Assembly: GCA_045133255.1 (NCBI GenBank)
Contig: JBGUTV010000045.1
Location: 11,981-75,980, forward strand
DNA length: 64,000 bases
Direction: 5' to 3'
From: Candidatus Cryptobacteroides sp.
GTDB taxonomy: Bacteria; Bacteroidota; Bacteroidia; Bacteroidales; UBA932
Positions 9,401 to 20,470 of this stretch are shown piece by piece. The position numbers were made by a program, and so were the translations under genes. Every line of letters starts with the position of its first letter. Positions within the stretch are counted from its first letter, which is position 1. The notes under the pieces were generated by a model. That model did not search any database, was not told where the DNA came from, and was given only the letters and a program-made list of their open reading frames with translations.

Positions 9401-12217
9401 ATGGAAAAGAAGAACGATTACATAGAAATAAAAGGAGCAAAGGCTCACAACCTCAAGGGAGCATCATTGTCAATTCCACGAGGACAGTTCGTTGTTGTGA
9501 CAGGCCTGAGCGGAAGCGGAAAGTCATCCCTTGCCTTCGACACCATATATGCAGAAGGGCAAAGGAGGTACATGGACACCCTCTCAACATACGCCAAGCA
9601 CTTCATGGGAATCCTCGAAAAGCCTGAGGTTGAATCCATTACAGGACTCAGTCCTATCATCGCAATTGAGCAGAAGACTACAGGAAACAACCCACGTTCG
9701 ACAGTGGGCACAATCACCGAGATCTATGACTTCCTCCGTCTCCTGTTTGCAAGGGCTTCCACAGCATATTCTCCACAGACCGGCAAAGAAATGGTCAGAT
9801 ACACCGATGAGCAGATCGTTTCCCTCATCATGGAGAACTACGCAGGACGCAAATGTTATCTGCTCGCACCTATAGTCAGAGGCCGAAAGGGACACTACAA
9901 GGAGCTCCTTGAACAGATGCGCAAGCGAGGCTATACTCAGGTCAGAGTGGACGGAGAACTGATGGAACTCAATGAAATCACTTCCCTAGACCGTTACAAA
10001 GCCCATTTCGTGGAACTTGTCATCGACCGTCTCAAACCATCTGTCAAGGATGAAAAGAGGATAAAGGACTCTGTGATGTCAGCCCTGAATCAGGGAAAAG
10101 GTTCACTTGCGATAATGGACATGGAGACATCGGAGATAACTCACTACTCCAAGCATCTGGTCTGTCCTGACACAGGCATATCGCTGGCTGAGCCGGCCCC
10201 GCACTCATTCTCATTCAACTCGCCACAAGGATATTGTCCTCACTGCAAAGGACTTGGAATCATCGTGGATGTGAACATGGAGTCCATAATTCCGGACAGA
10301 AGCATTTCAATCGCTGACGGTGGCATCGTCCCATTGGGTAAGATCAGAGAGACCAAGAAGTTCGACATCATCAGGTCCATCGCCAGAAAATACGCATTCT
10401 CGCTATATGACCCTATCGAGGAACTTCCGGACGAAGTGATTTCACTCATCGTATTCGGATCTGACGAGCTGTTCAGAGTCGGCGAAGGTACATCTTCGGA
10501 GATGGTAGCATTTTCCGGTATTGTCAGTGACATAAACGAAAAGATAGTCTGCCCTGAGTGCGGAGGAACCAGACTGAACAAGGAAACGACATACTTCAAG
10601 ATAGACGGAAAGACCATTTCTGAAGTTGCTGCAATGGAAATAAGCCAACTGAACACATGGCTGCATTCTCTTGAAGGTAATTTCGGGAAAAGAGAGAACA
10701 TTATCGCCCGAGACATCCTCAAAGAACTCAAGGACAGAGTCGGCTTTCTTCTTGATGTCGGTCTCGACTACCTCTCGCTTGATCGCGCGACCTCATCGCT
10801 TTCAGGCGGCGAGAGCCAGAGAATCAGACTTGCCACTCAGATAGGATCCAAACTCGTGAATGTGCTTTACATCCTTGATGAGCCAAGCATCGGTCTCCAT
10901 CAGAGGGACAACAGAAAGCTCATTGCATCGCTCAAGAAACTTCGTGACGAAGGCAATTCGGTAATGGTGGTAGAGCACGATGCCGAGACGATGATGGCAG
11001 CGGACTGGCTTGTCGACGTAGGTCCTGGAGCAGGCAAGGAAGGTGGAGAAATATGCCTGAGCGCGCCGCTGTCAGCACTGCTAGCGGCCGGACATCATGC
11101 AACTGCTCCGCATGAACACCCGGCATCCGACACTGATCCGATCATAATAGGCCCGTCAACTACTCTGGAGTATCTGTTGGGCGAAAGGAAGATCGAAGTG
11201 CCGACCCAGCGCCGGACAGGCAACGGACTTACTCTCGGGATACGCGGAGCAAGAGGCAACAACCTGAAGAATGTGGACATCGACTTCCCTCTCGGAATGT
11301 TCGTAGGCATAAGCGGAGTAAGCGGAAGCGGAAAATCATCGCTGATCAACGAAACCCTGATGCCCTTCCTCAAGAATAAGTTCTACAATGCAAAGCTCCA
11401 GCCGCTTCCATATGATGAAGTGGTCGGAATAGAGAACATTGATAAGCTGATAGAGATTGACCAGAGTCCTATCGGCCGTACACCTCGAAGCAATCCGGCA
11501 ACATTCACAGGCGTATTCAACGACATCAGGACTCTTTTCGAAGCCACTCCTGACGCTAAGGTTCGCGGATTCAAAGCCGGAAGATTCTCATTCAACGTTC
11601 CAGGAGGAAGATGCGAAGAGTGCAAGGGTGCAGGAATCAAGGTAATTGAGATGAACTTCCTTCCATCCGTGAATGTTGTCTGTCCTGAATGCCGTGGACG
11701 CAGATACAAGAATGACACTCTGGCAGTGAAATATAAGGGGAAAAGCATCAATGATGTTCTGGAGATGCCGATAAGCGAAGCTTACACATTCTTCGAGAAC
11801 ATTCCTTCAATCGCTCAGAAGCTTAAGGCCCTGGTGGATGTCGGACTTGGATATGTACAGCTCGGACAGTCTGCAGTGACACTTTCCGGAGGAGAAAGCC
11901 AGAGAATGAAGCTTGCCACTGAACTCGCCCGCAAAGGCACAGGAAACACTCTATACATTCTGGACGAGCCTACCACTGGACTTCATTTCGATGACATAAA
12001 GATACTCCTGGGAGTCCTGCAGCAGCTTGTGGAGCAAGGCAATACAGTAATAATCATCGAGCACAACCTGGATGTCCTCAAGAGCGTGGACTACATTTTC
12101 GACATGGGTCCGGAGGGAGGAAAGGCCGGAGGAATGATAGTTGCAGCAGGCACACCGGAAGAACTGTCACACAACCCGGACTCCGTAACCGGGCCATTCC
12201 TTAAAGAAATCCTATAA
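9401..12217 (+). CDS. uvrA: Excinuclease ABC subunit A
   Basis: Two Walker A motifs (GLSGSGKSS, GVSGSGKSS), two LSGGESQR, CxxC zinc fingers; likely start MEKKND at 9401. Confidence 0.97.
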   Translation: MEKKNDYIEIKGAKAHNLKGASLSIPRGQFVVVTGLSGSGKSSLAFDTIYAEGQRRYMDTLSTYAKHFMGILEKPEVESITGLSPIIAIEQKTTGNNPRSTVGTITEIYDFLRLLFARASTAYSPQTGKEMVRYTDEQIVSLIMENYAGRKCYLLAPIVRGRKGHYKELLEQMRKRGYTQVRVDGELMELNEITSLDRYKAHFVELVIDRLKPSVKDEKRIKDSVMSALNQGKGSLAIMDMETSEITHYSKHLVCPDTGISLAEPAPHSFSFNSPQGYCPHCKGLGIIVDVNMESIIPDRSISIADGGIVPLGKIRETKKFDIIRSIARKYAFSLYDPIEELPDEVISLIVFGSDELFRVGEGTSSEMVAFSGIVSDINEKIVCPECGGTRLNKETTYFKIDGKTISEVAAMEISQLNTWLHSLEGNFGKRENIIARDILKELKDRVGFLLDVGLDYLSLDRATSSLSGGESQRIRLATQIGSKLVNVLYILDEPSIGLHQRDNRKLIASLKKLRDEGNSVMVVEHDAETMMAADWLVDVGPGAGKEGGEICLSAPLSALLAAGHHATAPHEHPASDTDPIIIGPSTTLEYLLGERKIEVPTQRRTGNGLTLGIRGARGNNLKNVDIDFPLGMFVGISGVSGSGKSSLINETLMPFLKNKFYNAKLQPLPYDEVVGIENIDKLIEIDQSPIGRTPRSNPATFTGVFNDIRTLFEATPDAKVRGFKAGRFSFNVPGGRCEECKGAGIKVIEMNFLPSVNVVCPECRGRRYKNDTLAVKYKGKSINDVLEMPISEAYTFFENIPSIAQKLKALVDVGLGYVQLGQSAVTLSGGESQRMKLATELARKGTGNTLYILDEPTTGLHFDDIKILLGVLQQLVEQGNTVIIIEHNLDVLKSVDYIFDMGPEGGKAGGMIVAAGTPEELSHNPDSVTGPFLKEIL

Positions 12218-12219
12218 AT

Positions 12220-13935
12220 ATGGAAGATATCAGAATCTACTGCGAAAATGACGGAAGGCACCACACTTTCCCGATGGGTACAGACCTCAAGACGATTTCA
12301 GACAGCATATGTCCCTCTGTAGCCTGTAAAAGGGCAGAAGGCGAGACAGACGTCCTTGCCGCTCTTGTGGACAATCAACTCAAAGAGCTGAGTTTCAAGG
12401 CTTTGACAACACACAACGTGCGTTTCATCGGATATGACCATCCTGACGGACGAAGAACCTACATCAGGTCTCTCTGCTTCGTCCTGCAGAACGTGATACG
12501 CGAGATGTATCCGGACAAGGTGCTGGTCATCGATTACTCACTCCCGAGCGGACTCTATTGCGAGATCAGAGAGAAGGAGGAACTGTTTGACGGAAGGCCT
12601 AAGGTATATTTCGCCACAGACGAGGAGATAGAGAAGATACAGAACAGAATGAATGAGATCATCCTGGCAGACCTTCCTTTCAAGAAGACCAAGCAGACTC
12701 TTGAAGATGCAGTAAAGCTGTTTGACTCAAACGGTCAGAAAGAGAAAGTCAACCTCGCACGATCACTTGGAAGAATGACATACAGCGTCTATTTCCTTGA
12801 TGGACAAGCTGATACATTCCACGGTCCTCTTACCCCCTCAACAGGCTATCTGAAGACCTTTGACCTGTCCGGATTCAACAACGGATTCTGCCTTCAGTAC
12901 CCTATGGACGGCAGCTACGGCAAAGTGCTTCCGATGAAGAGGCAGTCGAAGCTTGCCGGTGCGCTGAAGGAACACTCCGACTGGTGCGCGATCATGGACG
13001 TAAAGGGAGTCGGAAGCCTGAACCAGACGGTAAGAGACGGTAAGATCATCGACCTGATCAACCTTTCGGAGGCACTTCATGAAAGGAAATACGCCGACAT
13101 CGCAGATCAGATTTATGCAAGAAGAGGCAGCGTCAAGATAGTATTCATTGCAGGCCCATCTTCAAGCGGAAAGACTTCCACATCCAAAAGACTTGCCCTA
13201 CAGTGCCGGATCCTCGGACTGAACCCGAAAGTGATCGAACTTGACAACTACTTCGTTGACAGGGAGTTCACCCCTCGCGATGAAAACGGCGAATACGACT
13301 TCGAAGCTCTCGAAGCCATGGATCTGGACTTCCTCGGAAAGCAGCTTAACGAACTGCTGGAAGGAAGAGAGGTGGAGATTCCGAAATTCGATTTCAAGGA
13401 AGGCCGCAGATATTTCAACGGCAACTTCATGAGACTGGAAGACAAGGACATCCTAATCATGGAGGGCATCCACGCTCTGAATCCGGCAATGATTCCGGGA
13501 GTGGACAATTCCAAGGTATTCCGCGTCTATGCTTCCGCTCTGACATCTCTGGCGATTGATGAGAACAACAACATCTCCACATCAGATAACAGGATGCTGC
13601 GCAGAATGATACGTGACAACCGCACACGCGGAATCGTTCCTGAGGACACAATCCTCAGATGGCAGAGTGTCCGCAGAGGAGAGAACCGCAACATCTTCCC
13701 GTTCCAGGAGAATTCCGATGCAATCTTCAACTCGGCACACATCTTCGAGCTGCCGGTACTGAAATATTATGCAGAACCTCTTCTCAGACGCATTGCGCCT
13801 AATTCTCCGGCCTACACAGAGGCAACGCGCATCCTGAAGTTCCTGAGCTATATCGTGGAGCTCTCCCCTCAGGAAATCGCGGCAATTCCGCCGACTTCGA
13901 TTCTCCGTGAGTTTATAGCTGGTCAGACGCTGTAA
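12220..13935 (+). CDS. Uridine/nucleoside kinase with N-terminal TGS/ThrRS-like domains
   Basis: AGPSSSGKT, LDNYF, MEGIHALNP, RRMIRD, RRGENRNIFP; the N-terminal region resembles the ThrRS N-terminus. Confidence 0.85.
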   Translation: MEDIRIYCENDGRHHTFPMGTDLKTISDSICPSVACKRAEGETDVLAALVDNQLKELSFKALTTHNVRFIGYDHPDGRRTYIRSLCFVLQNVIREMYPDKVLVIDYSLPSGLYCEIREKEELFDGRPKVYFATDEEIEKIQNRMNEIILADLPFKKTKQTLEDAVKLFDSNGQKEKVNLARSLGRMTYSVYFLDGQADTFHGPLTPSTGYLKTFDLSGFNNGFCLQYPMDGSYGKVLPMKRQSKLAGALKEHSDWCAIMDVKGVGSLNQTVRDGKIIDLINLSEALHERKYADIADQIYARRGSVKIVFIAGPSSSGKTSTSKRLALQCRILGLNPKVIELDNYFVDREFTPRDENGEYDFEALEAMDLDFLGKQLNELLEGREVEIPKFDFKEGRRYFNGNFMRLEDKDILIMEGIHALNPAMIPGVDNSKVFRVYASALTSLAIDENNNISTSDNRMLRRMIRDNRTRGIVPEDTILRWQSVRRGENRNIFPFQENSDAIFNSAHIFELPVLKYYAEPLLRRIAPNSPAYTEATRILKFLSYIVELSPQEIAAIPPTSILREFIAGQTL

Positions 13936-13951
13936 AGATTCTATCATACAT

Positions 13952-13981
13952 AAAAAGCCCGAAGATGATCTTCGGGCTTTT
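13952..13981. terminator. Bidirectional rho-independent terminator; ends the starch locus on minus
   Basis: AAAAAGCCCGAAGATGATCTTCGGGCTTTT, a palindrome with A/T tails on both sides, between convergent genes. Confidence 0.85.
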
Positions 13982-14002
13982 GAATTTGCTATAGCGTGAG
14001 AA

Positions 14003-15916
14003 CTATTTCACTGACCAGGTTCCGCCACCTTTATCCCAAGTACTAGCCTTTACGGTATAAAGATTCTTACCATCTGTAGGAGTCTTGAGGTCTGATGTCT
14101 GGTTCCACTTATTGTTCCAGTTGTTAGCTGATGTTGAAGGATTCATTCGACAGAAGATAATGTTACATCCGTAATCATATCCTTCTGGGAGATGTGCCTC
14201 ATAGATGCCATCCTTATCAGCATCTGTCATACTTACCCACTTCTCACCTGGAGCGCCACCCCAGAAATAAGCAGCGAAGCGCGCATTAGACTGAGTCCAG
14301 TTTGAGTTAGGCTTCAGATATACTACCTTATCAGTAACCTCTGGTTCTTCCTGCTCTGGCTCCTGACCTTCTGTCTTCTGCTGTGGAGCTGCTGTATAAT
14401 CTGCACCAGTAGCCACTACATAAAGTTTCTTACCGTTATAGTCGAAATAGAAGTCATATGTACCAGCCTTTGTTATAGAGATGTCTGTACCACCTGAATA
14501 AACAGTCATCCAGTTGCCTGGGTTGAAGTAAACGATGCCACCGCCGAACTTAACAGACCAGCTTGAATCTCCAAACTTCTTGATGAGCATGCTTGTATAG
14601 TCAGCAGGAACAACAACATTCTTTGCTACAAAGAGATCTGGTGTTGATGTTGTAACCATCTGTATCTCCTTCCAGTTAGAATCGCCCTGTACAAAAGCAC
14701 CTACAAGAGCCCACTCAGATGGTTGGTCAGGAGTAGTCTCAACAGGAAGATCTGCAACCTTGACAAGCTTCATCTTGTCAGCGTTGTAAGAAAGGAATAC
14801 ATCATAGAATGCAGAAGCAGCAACCTTGATATTGCCTGAACCAGCAGCTACAGCAACTTCTTTTCCTTCTGAAACAGTGCCCGCGAATGTTCTTTCTGTT
14901 CCCCATGTACCGTTGGTCCTGAACTTGAACTCATCAGTTGTAGTAATCTTGACATTCTTGGCAACATACCAGCCATCCTCATATGTCATAGGGAGGTCTG
15001 CCTTGTCTGCCCAGTTGGTCATTGAACCCACAATGCCCCAGTTCTGAAGCTTAAGCGGCTTTGCAAGCTCGCCAAGGCTGTACACTGTGTTGGCTGCAAG
15101 AGTCTTTGCTGCTGCTGACTCCTTCACAACCTCACCGTCGAGAGCGATCTTGATGCTTGTGTAAGCAGCAGGAGCCACAGCGATGTAGTAAGTGGTTCCG
15201 GGAACGAAACCTGCTGCACAGTTGAGAGTCACGGTGTTTGTACCTGAAGCTGTGAGAACACCGCCGGTGAATACAGGCTTCTTTGTTGCGTCAAGAGCAA
15301 GCTGAACCTTTGCGGTACCAGCGATGAACTCATTCTCACCTGTTGTAACGGTAACCTTCTTTACACCTGAATCCTTTACAGTGAACTTGAGAAGGCTGTA
15401 GAGGTTGTTGAAAGTAAGGTTATCCTTTGTAGACTGGGTTCCGATCGCAAGAGCGAATGTTGCAGCAGGATCAAAGCTGCCGGCAACTGCTGTCTGAGCA
15501 GCAGGAACCTCAATACCGGTGATATAGTTTCTGTCATAGTAGAAGAAGTCACAGTATGCGTCTGCCTGATAAGGGTAGAGAGCAACTACTGTAGGATCCT
15601 CCTGGCCGTTCTGAGGCATTACAAACTCACCGTCATAAGTGAATGTAGCCTTCTTTGCAGGGAACTCAGTCGCTGCAATTGTGAAGCAGCGGTTATTTGC
15701 ACCCTTGTTGGAATCGAAGACACTGATCTTGTCGCCCTCTGCCCAATAAGTTGAAAGGCCGTCAAGAGTGGTCTTGCCTTCTGCATCGATGGTTGCTGTA
15801 ACTGTCATTGCACCAGCCTGTGGAGCCTCAGTCTCAGGGCCGGCGATTTCTTTCTGACACGATGATGCTGCGAACAATGCTGTTGCTGCAAACAAAATAG
15901 AATAGATCTTTTTCAT
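14003..15916 (-). CDS. Lipoprotein: fimbrillin-like N-domain, two SusE/F-type modules and a C-terminal CBM26-like starch-binding domain
   Basis: Lipobox FAASSC; GKTTL..YWAEGDKISVF and LAANTVYSL; WGIVGSMTNW..FKFR and WALVG..AGTYDFY modules; C-terminal VYLKP..W..AYFW..M..GIY..NIIF..QTSDL. Confidence 0.65.
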   Translation of the reverse strand: MKKIYSILFAATALFAASSCQKEIAGPETEAPQAGAMTVTATIDAEGKTTLDGLSTYWAEGDKISVFDSNKGANNRCFTIAATEFPAKKATFTYDGEFVMPQNGQEDPTVVALYPYQADAYCDFFYYDRNYITGIEVPAAQTAVAGSFDPAATFALAIGTQSTKDNLTFNNLYSLLKFTVKDSGVKKVTVTTGENEFIAGTAKVQLALDATKKPVFTGGVLTASGTNTVTLNCAAGFVPGTTYYIAVAPAAYTSIKIALDGEVVKESAAAKTLAANTVYSLGELAKPLKLQNWGIVGSMTNWADKADLPMTYEDGWYVAKNVKITTTDEFKFRTNGTWGTERTFAGTVSEGKEVAVAAGSGNIKVAASAFYDVFLSYNADKMKLVKVADLPVETTPDQPSEWALVGAFVQGDSNWKEIQMVTTSTPDLFVAKNVVVPADYTSMLIKKFGDSSWSVKFGGGIVYFNPGNWMTVYSGGTDISITKAGTYDFYFDYNGKKLYVVATGADYTAAPQQKTEGQEPEQEEPEVTDKVVYLKPNSNWTQSNARFAAYFWGGAPGEKWVSMTDADKDGIYEAHLPEGYDYGCNIIFCRMNPSTSANNWNNKWNQTSDLKTPTDGKNLYTVKASTWDKGGGTWSVK

Positions 15917-15943
15917 AACTGCATTTACATTAATTGTTGCACA

Positions 15944-16114
15944 TTAGAAGAGGTCACCGCCATCTTCAAGATCACCGAAACCACCTTCACTTCCATCTGT
16001 AAGTGAACTGCAGAGTACACCCTCTGTCGCAATCTCGACAACACTCATTGCCGGAGATTCATAGCTGCCTGCTCCGAGGGCTGAGCTTACAGCTGTCATT
16101 GATTCTTTAATCAT
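15944..16114 (-). CDS. Unannotated 56-aa small protein (YxxP...ExxLCxS motif, acidic/Gly tail)
   Basis: Manual translation MIKESMTAVSSALGAGSYESPAMSVVEIATEGVLCSSLTDGSEGGFGDLEDGGDLF*. It fills the gap between GH97 and the lipoprotein on the same strand, with AT-rich spacers of about 30 nt either side. Confidence 0.75.
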   Translation of the reverse strand: MIKESMTAVSSALGAGSYESPAMSVVEIATEGVLCSSLTDGSEGGFGDLEDGGDLF

Positions 16115-16145
16115 AACCTAAAAAATTATAATTGTTAACGTTAAG

Positions 16146-18488
<2,343 letters not shown>

Positions 18489-20411
18489 CTATCGCTTATA
18501 TTCTACAATGAGGATAGACTGAGAAGGAACGACAGTTGCGTCAGAAACGTCGCAAGGCTCGCCTGTAACTACGTTCACTCCACCTTTGAGGCCCTCTGAA
18601 ATCTCAGAATAGTATGTCCAAGGGACATTCTTCGGCTCCGGAGAGTTATTCACATAAACAAAGACGACATCAGTGTCATTGTAACGGAAATATCCATAGG
18701 TGTTGTCACGTGTGATGAAGTGCATGGTCTTTCCGTTGTGGATGACATCCTTGGTCTTTCTCCACTGGAAGAGATGGCTCACATAATCATAAAGATCTGC
18801 AGCCTGTCCCTGAGGAACTGTAAGACCGTCGGTATTCTTTGTTGCCTTTGCACGGCCTTCAGCCGAGAAGAGATCCATCTCGTCGCCTGGCCAGCCGCCC
18901 GGAAAGTCCACACGGAGACCGCCATGACCCATTGAAAGGTCACATGAAGTGAACATAAGCTCGTCACCTGCAAAGATCTGAGGATATCCACGCATTGTAG
19001 CCATCATTGCCATAGCGATCTTCACTCTCTTAGGGTTCTTGCGGAGCACGTCGCCGAGACGGTCTGTGTCGTGATTACCAGGGAAGATCATCATATTCGA
19101 AAGATCGTGGTAGACGAAGTCATGTGAGAGAATGTCGTACACGCGGACCATTCCCTGGCCCCATCCGCCCCAGTCCTCATTGAGACCTGCGCGAAGAGCA
19201 TCATGAAGCGGGAAGTCCATTACAGACTTGAGGTGAGAATCGAAACCATCCTTGTTTGCGTTGCCGCCCTGCCAGTATGCAAGCTGAGGGATAGACGCTG
19301 TCCAGACCTCGCCCACGATATTGAAGTTCGGATACTCGTTCATCACCGCTGCGCACCACTCTGCCATAGGATCCTTCTCATTGTAAGGATAAGTATCCAC
19401 GCGGAATCCGTCAAGGCCAGACCATTCGATCCACCAGACAGCCCACTGCTTGAAGTAGTTGAGCACATAAGGATTGTCGAGATTCATGTCCACCATAGAC
19501 TTGTCGAACCAGCCGCTCTCCTGGATATAGAGATCCTTCTTTGAAGCATTCGGGTCCATGTTGGTAGAGAAGGCGATATTTGAACCTGTGTAGGTGTCGA
19601 ACACATGATACCAGTCCTTGAAAGGAGTGTCCTTCATCCACCAGTGTGCCGAGCCTGCATGGTTAGGCACGATGTCCATTATAATCTTGAGATCCTTCTC
19701 GTGAGCCTTCTGCACATACTCCTTGAAAAGGTCATTTGTGCCGAAGCGGGAATCGATATGATAATAGTCTGTACATGCATATCCGTGATATGAATGCTCT
19801 GGCTGGTTATCCTCAAGAAGAGGTGTACACCAGATGGCTGTAGCACCGAGACCGCTGATGTAATCAAGGTGGTCGATGATACCCTTGAGGTCACCGCCAT
19901 GGCGTCCGAAGAGCTCATGACGTGCATATTTGTCTGCCGTATCCTCTGTAGAGTCATTGCTTGTGTCGCCGTTCGCGAAACGGTCAGGCATGATGAGGTA
20001 GATCATGTCGGCAGTTGTAAAGCTCTTGCGTTCTGCAGATCCTTCTTCGCGTGCAGCGATCTCATATGGATACTTGAAAGACTGTCCGTCCTTTGAGAAC
20101 ACGATGTAATAAGTACCCGGCTGCGCATTTGCTGCAACCTTAACATCCACGAAGATATAGTTAGGGCTGTCTGCCTTGTTGATCTTCTCCACGGCTATGC
20201 CATTACCTCCCTCGATTGCTACCTCATATTCAGAAATATTCTCACCCTGAACGAGGAGCTGAAGAGGCGTCTTCATTCCTGTCCACCAGGAAAGAGGCTC
20301 TACTCGTGTCACCTGCTCAGATGTCGCATCTGCAACTGTCGCAGGATCGAATGCAGGGCCAGAACATGCTGCCAAGGCAGCTACGGCCAATGCTAGGATT
20401 ATTCTTTTCAT
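18489..20411 (-). CDS. susA: GH13 neopullulanase/cyclomaltodextrinase (SusA-like)
   Basis: RVEPLSWWTGM N-domain, YLIMPDRFANGD, DIVPNH, DGFRVDT, GEVW, GNHDTDR. Confidence 0.88.
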   Translation of the reverse strand: MKRIILALAVAALAACSGPAFDPATVADATSEQVTRVEPLSWWTGMKTPLQLLVQGENISEYEVAIEGGNGIAVEKINKADSPNYIFVDVKVAANAQPGTYYIVFSKDGQSFKYPYEIAAREEGSAERKSFTTADMIYLIMPDRFANGDTSNDSTEDTADKYARHELFGRHGGDLKGIIDHLDYISGLGATAIWCTPLLEDNQPEHSYHGYACTDYYHIDSRFGTNDLFKEYVQKAHEKDLKIIMDIVPNHAGSAHWWMKDTPFKDWYHVFDTYTGSNIAFSTNMDPNASKKDLYIQESGWFDKSMVDMNLDNPYVLNYFKQWAVWWIEWSGLDGFRVDTYPYNEKDPMAEWCAAVMNEYPNFNIVGEVWTASIPQLAYWQGGNANKDGFDSHLKSVMDFPLHDALRAGLNEDWGGWGQGMVRVYDILSHDFVYHDLSNMMIFPGNHDTDRLGDVLRKNPKRVKIAMAMMATMRGYPQIFAGDELMFTSCDLSMGHGGLRVDFPGGWPGDEMDLFSAEGRAKATKNTDGLTVPQGQAADLYDYVSHLFQWRKTKDVIHNGKTMHFITRDNTYGYFRYNDTDVVFVYVNNSPEPKNVPWTYYSEISEGLKGGVNVVTGEPCDVSDATVVPSQSILIVEYKR

Positions 20412-20423
20412 AATTTATCGGTA

Positions 20424-20451
20424 TAGATTCCCGGTCAAGCCGGGAATGACG
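20424..20451. repeat. REP-like palindrome copy
   Basis: TAGATTCCCGGTCAAGCCGGGAATGACG, identical to 21718-21745. Confidence 0.9.
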
Positions 20452-20470
20452 TTATTATATAGTGATGACG

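Noticed and set aside
15944-16114. Complete lasso-peptide/RiPP cluster
   Set aside because: No RRE/PqqD, leader peptidase, cyclase, radical SAM or peptide exporter in the window; only the leader-like motif is present.
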